64,000 nt of DNA from Octopus sinensis (GCF_006345805.1 NC_042997.1:111414001-111478000); one strand, 5' to 3'. Numbered from the stretch's first letter, positions 1 through 10,955 are shown. Program-made: numbers and translations. The notes: generated from the sequence alone by a model not told the origin.

Positions 1-657
1 AATTATATGAGCATCAACTGTTGTTATTATAGTCTTAAAAATAACGATACGTATACATAAAAAGTATCTATGGTAACAGTGCTTGCTACATGGTAACTGT
101 TTGGCACATATATATAACACATGATCAATAACAAATCAATTGGTTTATCTTTCCAGTGGGTTCACGTGATTTTCTGTTGGGATATTGTGTAGTTTAGCGT
201 TCCGTTTGTTTTGTACAGAATTTGTCGTTTATCTGTTAAAGTTGTTTAAGGGAGGAGAAAAATGTGTTTGGTCATCGTGACGTAGACACCTCAGCCAGTC
301 ACAGCGGAATGGATGGATACGCACGCACGCACACACACGATAGGAAAGTATACAGCAAAAAACGTATTATACAGTCAATAGTTGAGCAGACTAGATACTT
401 AAAATCTAACGCCGAACGAAGGCAGACAGGATCAAAGGAACAAAGAATTAGCTCAACTATTTTAATACTCTTGTATATAACTATTCTATAAATGCTTTGA
501 TGCAATTCACTACTGCCTGCCCACCTTATCTTTATAACGTTCAGAAGGCTATATAGGTGTCATTATCGGTTAGCACAGTTATTTAGTTACGATCGTTTCG
601 ATAGCTGGTGGAATTATTTACATCAATCAACATGCTGAATCACGTATACGAAAATTA

Positions 658-1323
658 CACTGGTCAATAAAATTTGAACTTTTTGCTGTCCCATGACCTA
701 AAGAAAGTGAAATTTATAATACTTTTAACGCAGATTTCGAATCTGTTTTTAGAATTTTTCTATCAGACATGGTTTTTATGTGACGGTAATTAAATTATAT
801 AATAAATGTACTATATTAATGAAGAAATAAGGCTGGTCAACAGAATTAATGAAAAACTCTGTCCCACAAACAAAAGTAGGTGAACCCAGTAGAATGTTGT
901 CTGCAGAATTCAAGAGTGTTTTCAGATTCTACAAGTCATAGTTTTTCTGTGATAGTATATGTAAATTGTTAAACAATTGTATTTCATGAATTCAAAAACC
1001 AGGCTCATATTACAAGGAAACTTGCCTTTAAAATGTAGAGACGTGATTTTCGACTGTATTTAGCTTCTGGAACGTCCCTTTTAGTCGCCAACATAGAAGA
1101 GCTCCACTTTCCTTGGTACTAGGTTTCCTTGTTGAGAATCTCCTGGTGAAACCTCTTGCCGTGCTCGTCACTGACAGCCCCAAGATTTGCATGGGGAAAA
1201 GTTCAAGGGAGAGTTCAAGAAGTGGATTTTTAGACTCTTATTGCATCCCAAGGCCTTGTATGATGTCAGTAGTTGTTCTGTGATCCCCCAAAACGTTTTG
1301 CAAACTTCCTTAAATGACACCAG
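658..1323 (-). mobile_element. Chapaev3-like (CMC) DNA transposon, 3' remnant with degraded transposase C-terminus
   Basis: Minus-strand translation 1030-1323 gives LVSFKEVCKTFWGITEQLLTSYKALGCNKSLKIHFLNSPLNF / AVSDEHGKRFHQEILNKET*YQGKWSSSMLA..KRDVPEAKYSRKS, matching the SLKIHFL-SDEHGERFHQD motif I associate with Chapaev3. The terminus CACTGGTCAATAAAATTTG at 658 is preceded by TTA (TWA-type target). Confidence 0.72.
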
Positions 1324-1347
1324 AGACAAATAGAGAAAATGAGAATG

Positions 1348-1382
<35 letters not shown>

Positions 1383-2409
1383 GATGACGACATAGAGGAT
1401 GGGAGTAAAAGAATAAGGAGATGGAAAGTGAAAAGAAAAAAGAAGCATAAAAGTTCATAGTTCAACTTTCCTAAGTTGAGTCCCTGTGTGTGTGATTCTA
1501 ATTTAGATACAAATCCAGCAATTTTTAGGCCTGGAATGTGAATCGATTCCTTCCATCCTAGTATATGACTGGTACATTATTTTATCGGCCCCGACAGCCA
1601 AGTTGGCCTTGGCAGGGTTTGAACTCAGAACGTAGAGAACTAGGACACCGCGAAGCAAACATCAACCGGATGTCTGTCTGTCCACTCGTACACACTTTCC
1701 CTTCTTGTATATAATATTCTCTCTGTAGTGTGGAAAGAAACTTGGAAATAACTGCGTGACCAGGGCCATGTACATAAGCAACAAACGAATAAAGGTATGT
1801 TAAATACCATACAAAAATCTTTCGTTTATTGAAATCATCTTTGCTCTCAGTGAAGTCACAACAACCATTCGATCCCCACTGGTACAAGAGGAGATAATTT
1901 CAAGAAACAAGAATTCTCCAGAATCGACGCACCATTAAGGAAGAAAATGACTGTCTCTTTTACATATATACATACCTATATGTATACATACGCGATAATT
2001 ACACCGTGGTGTCGAATGCAGGCACGTTGGCAGAGAGGACTATTCATTCTCCTGGATAATAAACACTCTCCTCGATAATTTTTGCCATTAATACAAGCAT
2101 GATAAGAGATGGTTATCTTTGAGTAAATGCGAAGAAAAAAAACAACCTCTTTTGAAAAGATCGTAGCAGTAATCCAACAGTGAAATACAAACCACGTGGA
2201 AAGATAACCCTACATACGCTATGGAGACGAAAGAACCCGGACTCAGCAATCGCAGAACTATCGAGAAAAATTCCGTTGGACATTCGAACTGAACTGAAAC
2301 TTATACGAGTTCTACAGAAAGGCTAGGGAGGACTTTTCGATAGATTACATGAAGAAACTTAAAGAATATTGGTATCAGAAATGCCCAACATTCTCAATTT
2401 TAGACATTA

Positions 2410-2803
2410 CTAGCAGTATCGCCCGGCGTTGCTCGGTTTTTTTTTTCGACCCTTTAGAATTGGAATTTTTGAAAAGTAAAAATTTTGCCTTATGTAGCTT
2501 GTTATTCTCTTTAAGTGAACATTTTTCTGGTTGAAATACACCGAAAAATGGCGACACAGCAGTCAAAAAATCGTAAAAAATAGGGATTTTCATAGAAAAA
2601 AAGCACCTTTTTTATGTAAATAATTTTTAGTGTTAACATGGTCCGATTTGAATTTTTTCTTCTACGGAAGAAAGAGCAAGCCTTCTTCTATCATACACTC
2701 AATTTTGGTCAACTTGCGCTGCAGGATCTCGGAGGAAATAGTGTTAGTTGAAGGCTACCAAACCTGCCATACACAGACAACTTCAGCTTTATGTATAGAG
2801 AGA
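2410..2803 (-). mobile_element. Non-autonomous Helitron (394 bp)
   Basis: Minus strand starts A|TCTCTCTATACATAAAG and ends with the hairpin CCGAGCAACGCCGGG followed by CTAG|T; inserted between A and T with no TSD. Confidence 0.85.
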
Positions 2804-2972
2804 TTTGACAGATATTTGTCCTCACCTGACATAGTGGTTAAGAGCGAGGGCTACTAACCCCAAGATTCTGAGTTCAATTCCAGGCAGTGACCTGAATAAT
2901 AATAATTATTATTATTATAATAACATTGAAAAATACCTTAGGAATGAGAACCCAAGTTCAAAATTTCCCCAA

Positions 2973-3018
2973 GACACCTGATGAAGGCTGGAGGGTATAT
3001 CAGCCGAAACGTTGTGTT
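2973..3018 (+). ncRNA. Minimal type I hammerhead ribozyme
   Basis: GACAC-CUGAUGA-A-GGCUG(loop)CAGCC-GAAA-CG-UU/GUGUU: intact core, stem I GACAC/GUGUU, stem II GGCUG/CAGCC, palindromic ACGU helix III, GUU cleavage triplet. Confidence 0.8.
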
Positions 3019-3522
3019 AACAACAAACCAGATGAGGACAAATATCCGCCAAATGTAAATAAGGTACATAATTCCTCATCTCTTAAATATAGAACTGTAT
3101 TCTCAATTTTTTTCTCACACACACATGCATACATCCATGCAAGCTACCTTGGTACACTACTACAGCCTGTTACTATCTCCCTATCCGCTGACCCACCCAT
3201 CAATCTAAATGGCTGATTTATGATCATTGAAAGTTCAGTAGGTTTTCTGCATGACTTGTCATTCATTCCTTCACTGAATCTCTCTCACTCTACTCACCGC
3301 ACCCGCTCAGCTCTTGTCTTGAAGAGGCCAAGGAATGTAACTTAGTGTCTACAACTTTCCGTTTAACAAACTGTGAGGCTTAATATATAAAGATACTATA
3401 AGAAAAATCATGGAGGGTTTAGCTTTGTTTATTTTCCATTTCTTGTCGTTCCGTAATCCTCCATTTCAGTGGTTCTCAACCAGAGTCCATATAAAATTTT
3501 GTTAAAATTTATCTGCAATATG

Positions 3523-3680
3523 GGCGCAGGAGTGGATGTGTGGTAAGTAGCCTGCTTACCAACCACCTGGTTCCAGGTTCAGTCCCACTGCGTGGCACCA
3601 TGGGCCACTATAGCCTCGGGCTGACCTAAGCCTTGTGAGTGGATTTAGTAGATGGAAACTGAAAGAAGCCCGTCGTATAT
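3523..3680 (+). mobile_element. tRNA-derived CORE-type SINE, head and core part
   Basis: GGCGCAGGAGTGG..GGTTCAGTCCCACTGCGTGGCACC..GAAAGAAGCCCGTCG, the same head as about 25 other copies in the window. Confidence 0.8.
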
Positions 3681-3682
3681 AC

Positions 3683-3717
<35 letters not shown>

Positions 3718-3899
3718 CTTTATTTAAAAGCAGCAGAAATTCAACTAAACCTGTTACTCGGAGTTTCACGTTCCCGTTCGTCGATGTAAGAATAGGTCGT
3801 TTATAAAGCTTGAAACGCGTGTACCGCGACATCCTTTGTGTTCTGTTTTTGATTTCATTTGATACATATACCCTCTCGCCTCTGCTACTAGCTGGCGAA

Positions 3900-4050
3900 T
3901 ACAGGTCCGACTTTGCCTTTCATTCTTTCGAGGTCGATAAATTAAGTACCAGTTATGCACTGAGTCGATGTAATCGACTGGTCCCCTCCCCGCAAATTTC
4001 AGGCCTCGTGCCTATAGTAGAAACTACTACTACTACTACTGCTACTACTA
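3900..4050 (+). mobile_element. Meta-type SINE, 5'-truncated
   Basis: GACTTTGCCTTTCATTCTTTCGAGGTCGATAAATTAAGTACCAG (Meta/Sauria-like domain) followed by GGCCTCGTGCCTATAGTAGAAA and an (ACT)n tail. Confidence 0.75.
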
Positions 4051-4313
4051 CTACTGTTATTGTCATTGTTGTTTATTATTAAAATTTCCAGATTGGGATG
4101 GATGGGTGGGTGGGGGGTTCGATAGTAACGAATGTTCTTGTTTTTGCGTGAAGTCAGCTTGTTTACTAAAACGGCGAGCAAAACAGCCTGCACTAGATTT
4201 CGAAAAGGTGTCTACAATCTGTTTATGATGAGTAAAAATAAGGAATTTCATTCTTGCATTCTTTCATACCTGCGCATATACACATTTGCGTTTGTGCGTA
4301 CATCATATCTATA

Positions 4314-4465
<152 letters not shown>

Positions 4466-4897
4466 GCAGCTGATAATCCGCTTACATAATCCCAGCGTTT
4501 TTATTCTAACACTACGTATTAGTGAAATTATGAGCTTCTTCTTCTTCTCTTTCTTCTTCTTCTTCTTATTATTATTATTCTTCCTTCTTTTTCTTCTTTG
4601 TCTTTTCTTCTCCCCCCCCCCCGCAACCAACCACGAAATTCGGAGCACGTGCTGGTGTGTTTTGTAAGTGAAGCTGTACAAAGAAAATCGATAGTTAACA
4701 ATACGTTGCCGTGTGTGCTTATACGTGTGTGTGTGTGAGTATATATATGTTTATATATTGTGCGAGTATATATATATATGCATACTTAGTGTGTGTGTGT
4801 ATATCTAAAATGCGAAAATTGTGTGTGTACTTCTGTATTCGGTACACTCGCCTACACTGGCAGAAAACAAAGCAAATAGGAATAGAACGCGCGCGCG

Positions 4898-4942
<45 letters not shown>

Positions 4943-5122
4943 CGTTAGTCCCATTTCGTCTCAATATTGGTCTTGTATCGAAGGCTGACTCGGCTAAAAG
5001 TGCAAAGTTCAGATACCTGAAATCAGCAACAATACGATGCAACAAGACATGATGCACACACCCACGATGTTTATAGAAACTTAATATACACAGTGGTCCA
5101 TGCTGGAGCATCGATAGCATGG

Positions 5123-5177
<55 letters not shown>

Positions 5178-5276
5178 TAACCTCACTCTTTGGAATTTGT
5201 TTCCTCATAACTTTCTGAAAATGTATCTAAATGAAAAATTCTGCATTTTCGATGGGGGTAATTACGATGTTTTACG

Positions 5277-5622
5277 TTTTACTTGTTGCTGCCATTAGAC
5301 TGTGGCCATGCTGGGGGACCGTCTTGAAGAATTTAGGGTTGAATGAATCAGACCCAATGCATACTCGAGCCAGGTACTTATTCTATCGGTGTCTTGCACC
5401 GAATCGCTATGTTGCGGGGACGTAAACACACCAACAGCTGTTGTTAAGCTGTGTTGGGAGACACACACACACTCATATACTCGACGGGTTTCTTTCAGTT
5501 TCCGTCTACCAAATCTACCTCAAAGGCCTTGGTCGGCCCTTCCATGATGTCACGCAGTGGGACTAAACCCAGAATCCTGTGGTTGGGAAGCAAACCTATA
5601 ACGGCACAGCCACGCCTGCGCC
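5277..5622 (-). mobile_element. CORE-type SINE, near full length
   Basis: Minus strand shows tRNA head, CORE-like segment, internal (TG)n and the tail ..CCAGCATGGCCACAGTCTAATG. Confidence 0.8.
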
Positions 5623-5778
5623 TATAAATAGGTAATAGGTGTAGATACATATTTCCAGAGTGATTGTCCCTTCTTCGGTATCAAATCCAACTAATAACTT
5701 TTTCCTCATAACTCTGTGAAAAATATAGTTAAATAAAATTGTGCAGGAACGCATTTTCGACTGTGATGATGATGAAAT

Positions 5779-6176
5779 GTTCTATATTTAAAAGATGAGG
5801 AATTATGTACATTATTTACATTTGACGGATATTTGTCCTCATGTTTGTTATTAATATGTTTCGGCTGATATACCGTCCAGCCTTCATCAGGTGTCTTGGA
5901 GAAATTTCGAACCTGGGTTCTCATTCGTAAGCTATTTTTCGATGTTATGGCGTAGTGGTTAAGAGCGCGGGCTACTAACCCCAAGATTCCGAGTTCGATT
6001 CCACGCAAGTGACCTGAATAATAACAACAACAACATTGAAAAGTATCTTAGGAATGAGAACCCAGATTCAAAATTTTCCCAAGACACTTGATGAAGGCTG
6101 GAGGGTATATCAGCCGAAACGGTGTGTTAACAACAAACAAGATGAGGACAAGTATCCGTCAAATGTAAATAATGTA
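5779..6176 (+). mobile_element. tRNA-headed hammerhead SINE, copy 2, with ~170-bp inverted 3'-end duplication
   Basis: Inverted arm 5779-5947, tRNA head from 5948 (A box TGGCGTAGTGG, B box GAGTTCGATTCC), direct arm 6032-6176. A perfect 14-bp TSD GATGATGATGAAAT lies at 5765-5778 and 6177-6190. Confidence 0.88.
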
Positions 6177-6408
6177 GATGATGATGAAATTTACAGAAAA
6201 AAAAAAAACCATCTTTAAAAAGTGCCAAAACTATAAAACCCGTTAACTTCAATTGAATTGAAGTTAACGGATTTTATAGTTAACTCAAGTTGACTTGAGT
6301 TAACGGGAGTTAATAAGCCCGATAATGATTTCTTAAGTTAACTTATAAGTTAAATCATTAACGAAAATGTTAATTTTGTTAATTAACTGATTAACGGATT
6401 AATGGTTT

Positions 6409-6459
<51 letters not shown>

Positions 6460-6467
6460 TATATATA

Positions 6468-6567
6468 NNNNNNNNNNNNNNNNNNNNNNNNNNNNNNNNN
6501 NNNNNNNNNNNNNNNNNNNNNNNNNNNNNNNNNNNNNNNNNNNNNNNNNNNNNNNNNNNNNNNNNNN
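6468..6567. other. Assembly gap (100 N)
   Basis: Run of N between a (TA)n tract and the Tc1 fragment; true size unknown. Confidence 0.99.
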
Positions 6568-7146
6568 GACAAGTCACCCTTTACCTTATTTCCGACCACC
6601 GGCCGAGTATATCTGTGGGGACAGCCAAAAGAAGCATTTAATCCAGACTGCCTTCTTCCAACTGTTAAACATGGAGGAGGGTCTGTGATGATCATAAGGG
6701 TTATATCTCGGAAATCTGCCGGCACGATGGTTTCCCTTCATGGCAGAATTAATAGTCAAGACTATTTAAGCATTTTATCTGATCAAATTCATCCTATGGT
6801 TGCGGAACTGTTTCCGGAGGTAAACGCAATCTTTCAGGGTGATAATGCACCAATTCACACAGCTAAAGTTGCTACTGAATGGCACGAAGAACATTCTAGT
6901 GAAGCTGAACATCTTATCTGGCCACCACAGTCCCCAGATCTCAATATTATTGAACATTTATGGTGCATTTTAGAAAAGCAAGTAAGGAGTCGATATCCTC
7001 CACTATCATCACTACAAGAACTGGAGACTGTTTTAGCTGAAGAATGGAGGAAAATTCCTTTGGAAACTATTCAGACTTTGTACGAGTCCATACCTCGTAG
7101 AATTCAAGCTGTAATTACTGTCAAAGGTGGTCCTACCCCATATTAA
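6568..7146 (+). CDS. Tc1-family transposase catalytic domain with DD36E spacing (N-terminus lost in the gap)
   Basis: Open frame from the gap edge: DKSPFTLFPTTGRVY..TVKHGGGSVM..FQGDNAPIHTA..WPPQSPDLNIIEHLW..KGGPTPY*. There are 36 residues between the second D and the E. Confidence 0.85.
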   Translation, partial: DKSPFTLFPTTGRVYLWGQPKEAFNPDCLLPTVKHGGGSVMIIRVISRKSAGTMVSLHGRINSQDYLSILSDQIHPMVAELFPEVNAIFQGDNAPIHTAKVATEWHEEHSSEAEHLIWPPQSPDLNIIEHLWCILEKQVRSRYPPLSSLQELETVLAEEWRKIPLETIQTLYESIPRRIQAVITVKGGPTPY

Positions 7147-7198
7147 AATAAATTTGTTTGGAATTTTAAGGTGTTTGCATTATTTTGTCCAACCCCTG
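6568..7198 (+). mobile_element. Tc1-like transposon, right part with 3' TIR
   Basis: Ends ..CATTATTTTGTCCAACCCCTG followed by TA (7199-7200). Confidence 0.85.
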
Positions 7199-7203
7199 TA
7201 TAT

Positions 7204-7530
7204 GTCATTTGACTGCGGCCATGCCTTTAGTCGAGCAAATCGGCCGCAGGACTTATTCTTTGTAAGCCTAGTATTTATTCTAGCAGTCTCTTTTGCTGAA
7301 CCGCTAAGTTACGGGGAATGTAAACACACCAGCATCAGTTGTCAAGCGATGTTGGGGGGACAGGCACAGACGCACACACACACACACATACATATATTCA
7401 ACGGGCTTCTTTCAGTTTCCGTCTACCAAATCCACTCACAGGGCTTTGCTCGGCTCGAGGCTATAGTAGAAGTGGGAATTGAATGGAACCATGTGGTTGG
7501 TAAGCAAGCTACTTACCACACAGCTACTTC

Positions 7531-7533
<3 letters not shown>
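7204..7533 (-). mobile_element. CORE-type SINE, near full length
   Basis: Same family sequence as 5277-5622, with few changes. Confidence 0.8.
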
Positions 7534-7569
<36 letters not shown>

Positions 7570-7572
<3 letters not shown>

Positions 7573-8100
7573 CCGTTCTGTGTGTGTGTGTGTGTGTGTG
7601 TGTGTATCTTCTAGGATCTCGGGCATCCGATTGCGCTCAAATTTAATATGTAGATACCGACGGTATTAGGGCGTGTATAAGTCTTGAAAAAAATTACAAA
7701 ATCGATTCCAGGTAAGAATGCGATCGATAAAACCGTGGGAACGTGCATTTGAACGCGCAAGTACATTAGCTGTTGCCATCGATACTGCGCGCACGCGAGA
7801 AAAATGCAGGTGCAGTTTGCGCAAAAAAAAGCCGACTGGCTTGAAATAATGCCACAAAATGCAATATATTTAAAAGACCAAAAAGTAAGATGCAAAAGAG
7901 ATATTTTCTCAAACTTGGCATGAAGAAAGGAAAGACTATTTGGTTTCTCGAGAAGTTTTTTTTTTGCCTTAACTTCGTTTAACAAAACCAAAAATTTTAT
8001 TGAAATAAAGGCATGCTTAATTATTTTTTAAGGAAAAGAACTGTTTTAACCGTGTTTGTGTTCTCCCAGCCTTATCATTACTGGTACTTTAAACTCTTCG
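7570..8100 (+). mobile_element. Possible Helitron/Helentron-like non-autonomous repeat
   Basis: ATCCGTTC(TG)n followed by CCGATTGCGCTCAAATTT resembles DINE/HINE-type layouts; no 3' CTAG end found. Confidence 0.3.
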
Positions 8101-8333
8101 GTTGCATATGTGTGTGAATAAAATCGTTTTTCTTTGGAATAGAAAAAATGTCTATCTTTATTTCTTCTTTTGCTTGTGTCTCAAATTTTGGTTAAATCAG
8201 TGTTTCTCAAAGGGGAGGCCTATGGGACGGTCGAAAAAGTTGTTTTGAGAAAATTTGGTTTTAATGTTCGAAAACTCAGCACCGTCCATTGGACGGGGGG
8301 CGTTTTGCTCGTATGTGTGTGTGTGTGTATAAA

Positions 8334-8463
8334 TTTTTTGCGTAATAAGATTAAAAAACCAAGGCTGTGTAGATATTAGAGCGTTTATAGATAGAAGGTC
8401 TAATATCTATAAATGCTCTAATATCTACACAACCTTGGTTTTTTAATCTTATTACGCAAAAAA
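8334..8463. repeat. Inverted repeat, 60-bp arms, 10-nt loop
   Basis: Arms 8334-8393 and 8404-8463 with 2 mismatches. Confidence 0.95.
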
Positions 8464-8566
8464 TCTTATATACACACACACTGACATGGAACCATCGTTG
8501 AACCCCTTATTCAGCATTACCTGACACCTCTGAGTCTCAATTGACACCATTATCTCGTATATATAA

Positions 8567-8700
8567 TCAAGGGCCGAGAGATAAGTGACAATAAAGTAGG
8601 TTCAGTGATGCAAACAGCGAAGTAGAACTGAAAACGCGAGTATAGTATATATATACTCGCGTTTTTTTTTTATAATTGTCACTTATCTCTCGGCCCTTGA
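8567..8700. repeat. Nested inverted repeat (MITE/foldback-like)
   Basis: Perfect 26-bp outer arms TCAAGGGCCGAGAGATAAGTGACAAT and an inner hairpin AAAACGCGAGTATA/TATACTCGCGTTTT. Confidence 0.9.
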
Positions 8701-9087
8701 ATCACTATTTTTTCCGTTCATTAATAAAAAACAAAGCGTGTATAGTAATCCCTCGCCATATCGCGGTTTAGGACTTACGTTTATGTCGATTCCTCCGTAG
8801 AGTTGTTTTGCATTTATAATAAAATAAATATTCTTTTATTCTTCTACTTGTTTCAGTCATTTGACTGTGGCCATGCTGTGGCACCGCATTTGAATAATGA
8901 AAGAAAATATACAGTACAGTACTGCTTCTACTTCGTGGAGTTTTCACCTGTCCTGGCAGAGTTTTGGGACGTAACACTCGCGATAGTCGAGGGTTTACTG
9001 AATTTCATTAATAATTGGGAGACGTTACACAGTGATTCAAGGATCGAAAGTTTCGTTTATTGGTATTTACACGGAAATGAAAGTTAT

Positions 9088-9408
9088 GGTTCCGGGTTCA
9101 GTCCCACTGCATGGGACCTTTGGCAGGTGGAAGTCGGGTCGACCGAAGCCTTGTGAGTGGATGTGGTAGACGGAAACTGAAAGAAGCCCGTCGCGCGCGC
9201 GGGGGGTTGTTCCCCCCACACGTACTGCTTGACAATCGGTGTTGTTATGTTTACATCCCCGTAACATAGTGGTTCAACAAAAGAGACCGATGGAATAAGT
9301 ACTCGGCTTAAAATGAAAAATACGAGTACTGGTGTAGATTCATTCGACTAAAACTTCTTCAACGCGGTGCCCCAGCATGGCCGCAGTCCATCGACTGAAA
9401 CAAATAGA
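9088..9408 (+). mobile_element. CORE-type SINE, 5'-truncated
   Basis: B box through to the tail GGTGCCCCAGCATGGCCGCAGTCCATCGACTGAAACAA. Confidence 0.78.
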
Positions 9409-9439
9409 ACATATGCGCACACGCATGTATGCACACACG

Positions 9440-9476
<37 letters not shown>

Positions 9477-9751
9477 GAATGATCGATAGACTATTTTCTA
9501 CTCTTGTCACACAACACACATGACCCATCAGCTGCACGTGATTTTCCTATCAAACGCCCACGCCCACCATACTCGCATCTACTTTCACTACCAACACATA
9601 CAATACAACCCCCCCCCCCGCCACACACACATCATCCTTGTGTCATCTTAGCGAAATAAGAAAATAAATGTGAGAGTGTGTGACATTCATGCCTCGCTTG
9701 TGATCAAAATACAGCATAAAACTTGAGTGCATGTATAGGTGTATGTGTATG

Positions 9752-10045
9752 GGGGCTGTGTGGTAAGAAGTTTGGTTCCCTACCACATGATTCCAGGTTC
9801 AGTCCCACTGCGTGACACTTTGGGCAAATGACTACTTATAGCTTCGGGTTGACCGAAGCCTTATGAGTGGAGTTGGTAGATGGAAACTAAAAGAAGCCTG
9901 TGATGTGCATGTGTGTCTTTGCGTTGTCCCACCGACAACCAGTGTTAAAGTGTTTACATCCCATTAACTTAGTGTTTTGACAGAAGAAACCAATAGAATA
10001 AGTATGTAGCTTTAAATAAATGTCCTGTGGATGATTCGTTCAACC
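9752..10045 (+). mobile_element. CORE-type SINE, diverged
   Basis: Family head, core and partial 3' region. Confidence 0.7.
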
Positions 10046-10955
10046 CCCCCCCCCAAGATGATAGATACACAACGCATGTGTCTGTGTGTTAATGTCTGTA
10101 GGTTTGTGTTCCTTTCTGATAATCTTTGCTAATTGTACACGTGGAAGTTTACAGGTTTTTTTTACTAGTTTCATTCATTAGACTGCGGCCATGCTGGAGC
10201 TACCACCTTGAAGAATTTTAGACAAATCAATCGAACTCCGTGATTAATTTTTTGGCAGTTGGGTACTTATTCTATCGGTCCCTTTTGGCAAACTGCTAAG
10301 TTACAGAGACAAAAACATACCAACATCGGTTGTCAAGCGGTAGTGGGCGAAAAACACAGACCCCTCTCTCATATATATATACATATATGTTGCTATTTAT
10401 GCAAAAGTGTCGTAAGTCCAAAATGTTGCTTTTTCAGAAAACAAAAAAATAGTTTCACCATTCCATAGAAGAACTGTTATACTACACCTAAGACAATTTT
10501 TGATATCTTGGCATCTGAAGCAGCTGGAGATATGATAGTTTGACCAAAAGAACTGACTATTACAAGCAAAAATATATATTGATAAGAAACGCATTTGGTC
10601 AAATTTGGACATACAACAGTTTAACAGAATAGCACCAAATGAATTTATATAATTAGCAGAAGTAACAGTGAGTCGATGTCCAAGAGTTTTGTGCGTTGAC
10701 GCTTATCAAAAAGTTCTATTTTTCCTATTTGCATCAACCTACCTGTAATATATGTGTGTGTATGTATAAAATTAAGAGAAATAACCTCTATTAAGTAATC
10801 CAATAGACAGAGACATTATCCATTGAATTACTTAATAGAGGTTATTTCTTTTAGTTATATACATATATTGTATATTGTGAAATTTGATTTGGTATAGCTA
10901 AATTGAATTTTTCCCTGTAAGTTTGGAATTATATTCCCTACTAATATTTTATATC

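Larger units (their letters stand above)
2402..3098 (+). mobile_element. tRNA-headed hammerhead-carrying SINE-like element, copy 1 (Helitron inserted in its 5' inverted arm)
   Basis: A box TGACATAGTGG 2827-2837 and B box GAGTTCAATTCC 2870-2881; HHR 2973-3018; short inverted 3'-end copy 2804-2824; 12-bp direct repeat ATTCTCAATTTT at 2390-2401 and 3099-3110. Confidence 0.85.

Noticed and set aside
2926-3216. Similar short ORFs at 2926, 5706, 6036, 42040 and 62703 (..RTQVQNFPKTPDEGWRVYQPKR..)
   Set aside because: They are translations of the non-coding hammerhead-SINE body; starts are TTG/GTG or absent and frames are not conserved between copies.
5948-6015. tRNA-like heads of SINEs as functional tRNA genes
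   Set aside because: A/B boxes are present but acceptor and anticodon stems do not pair fully, and each is fused to a repeat body.
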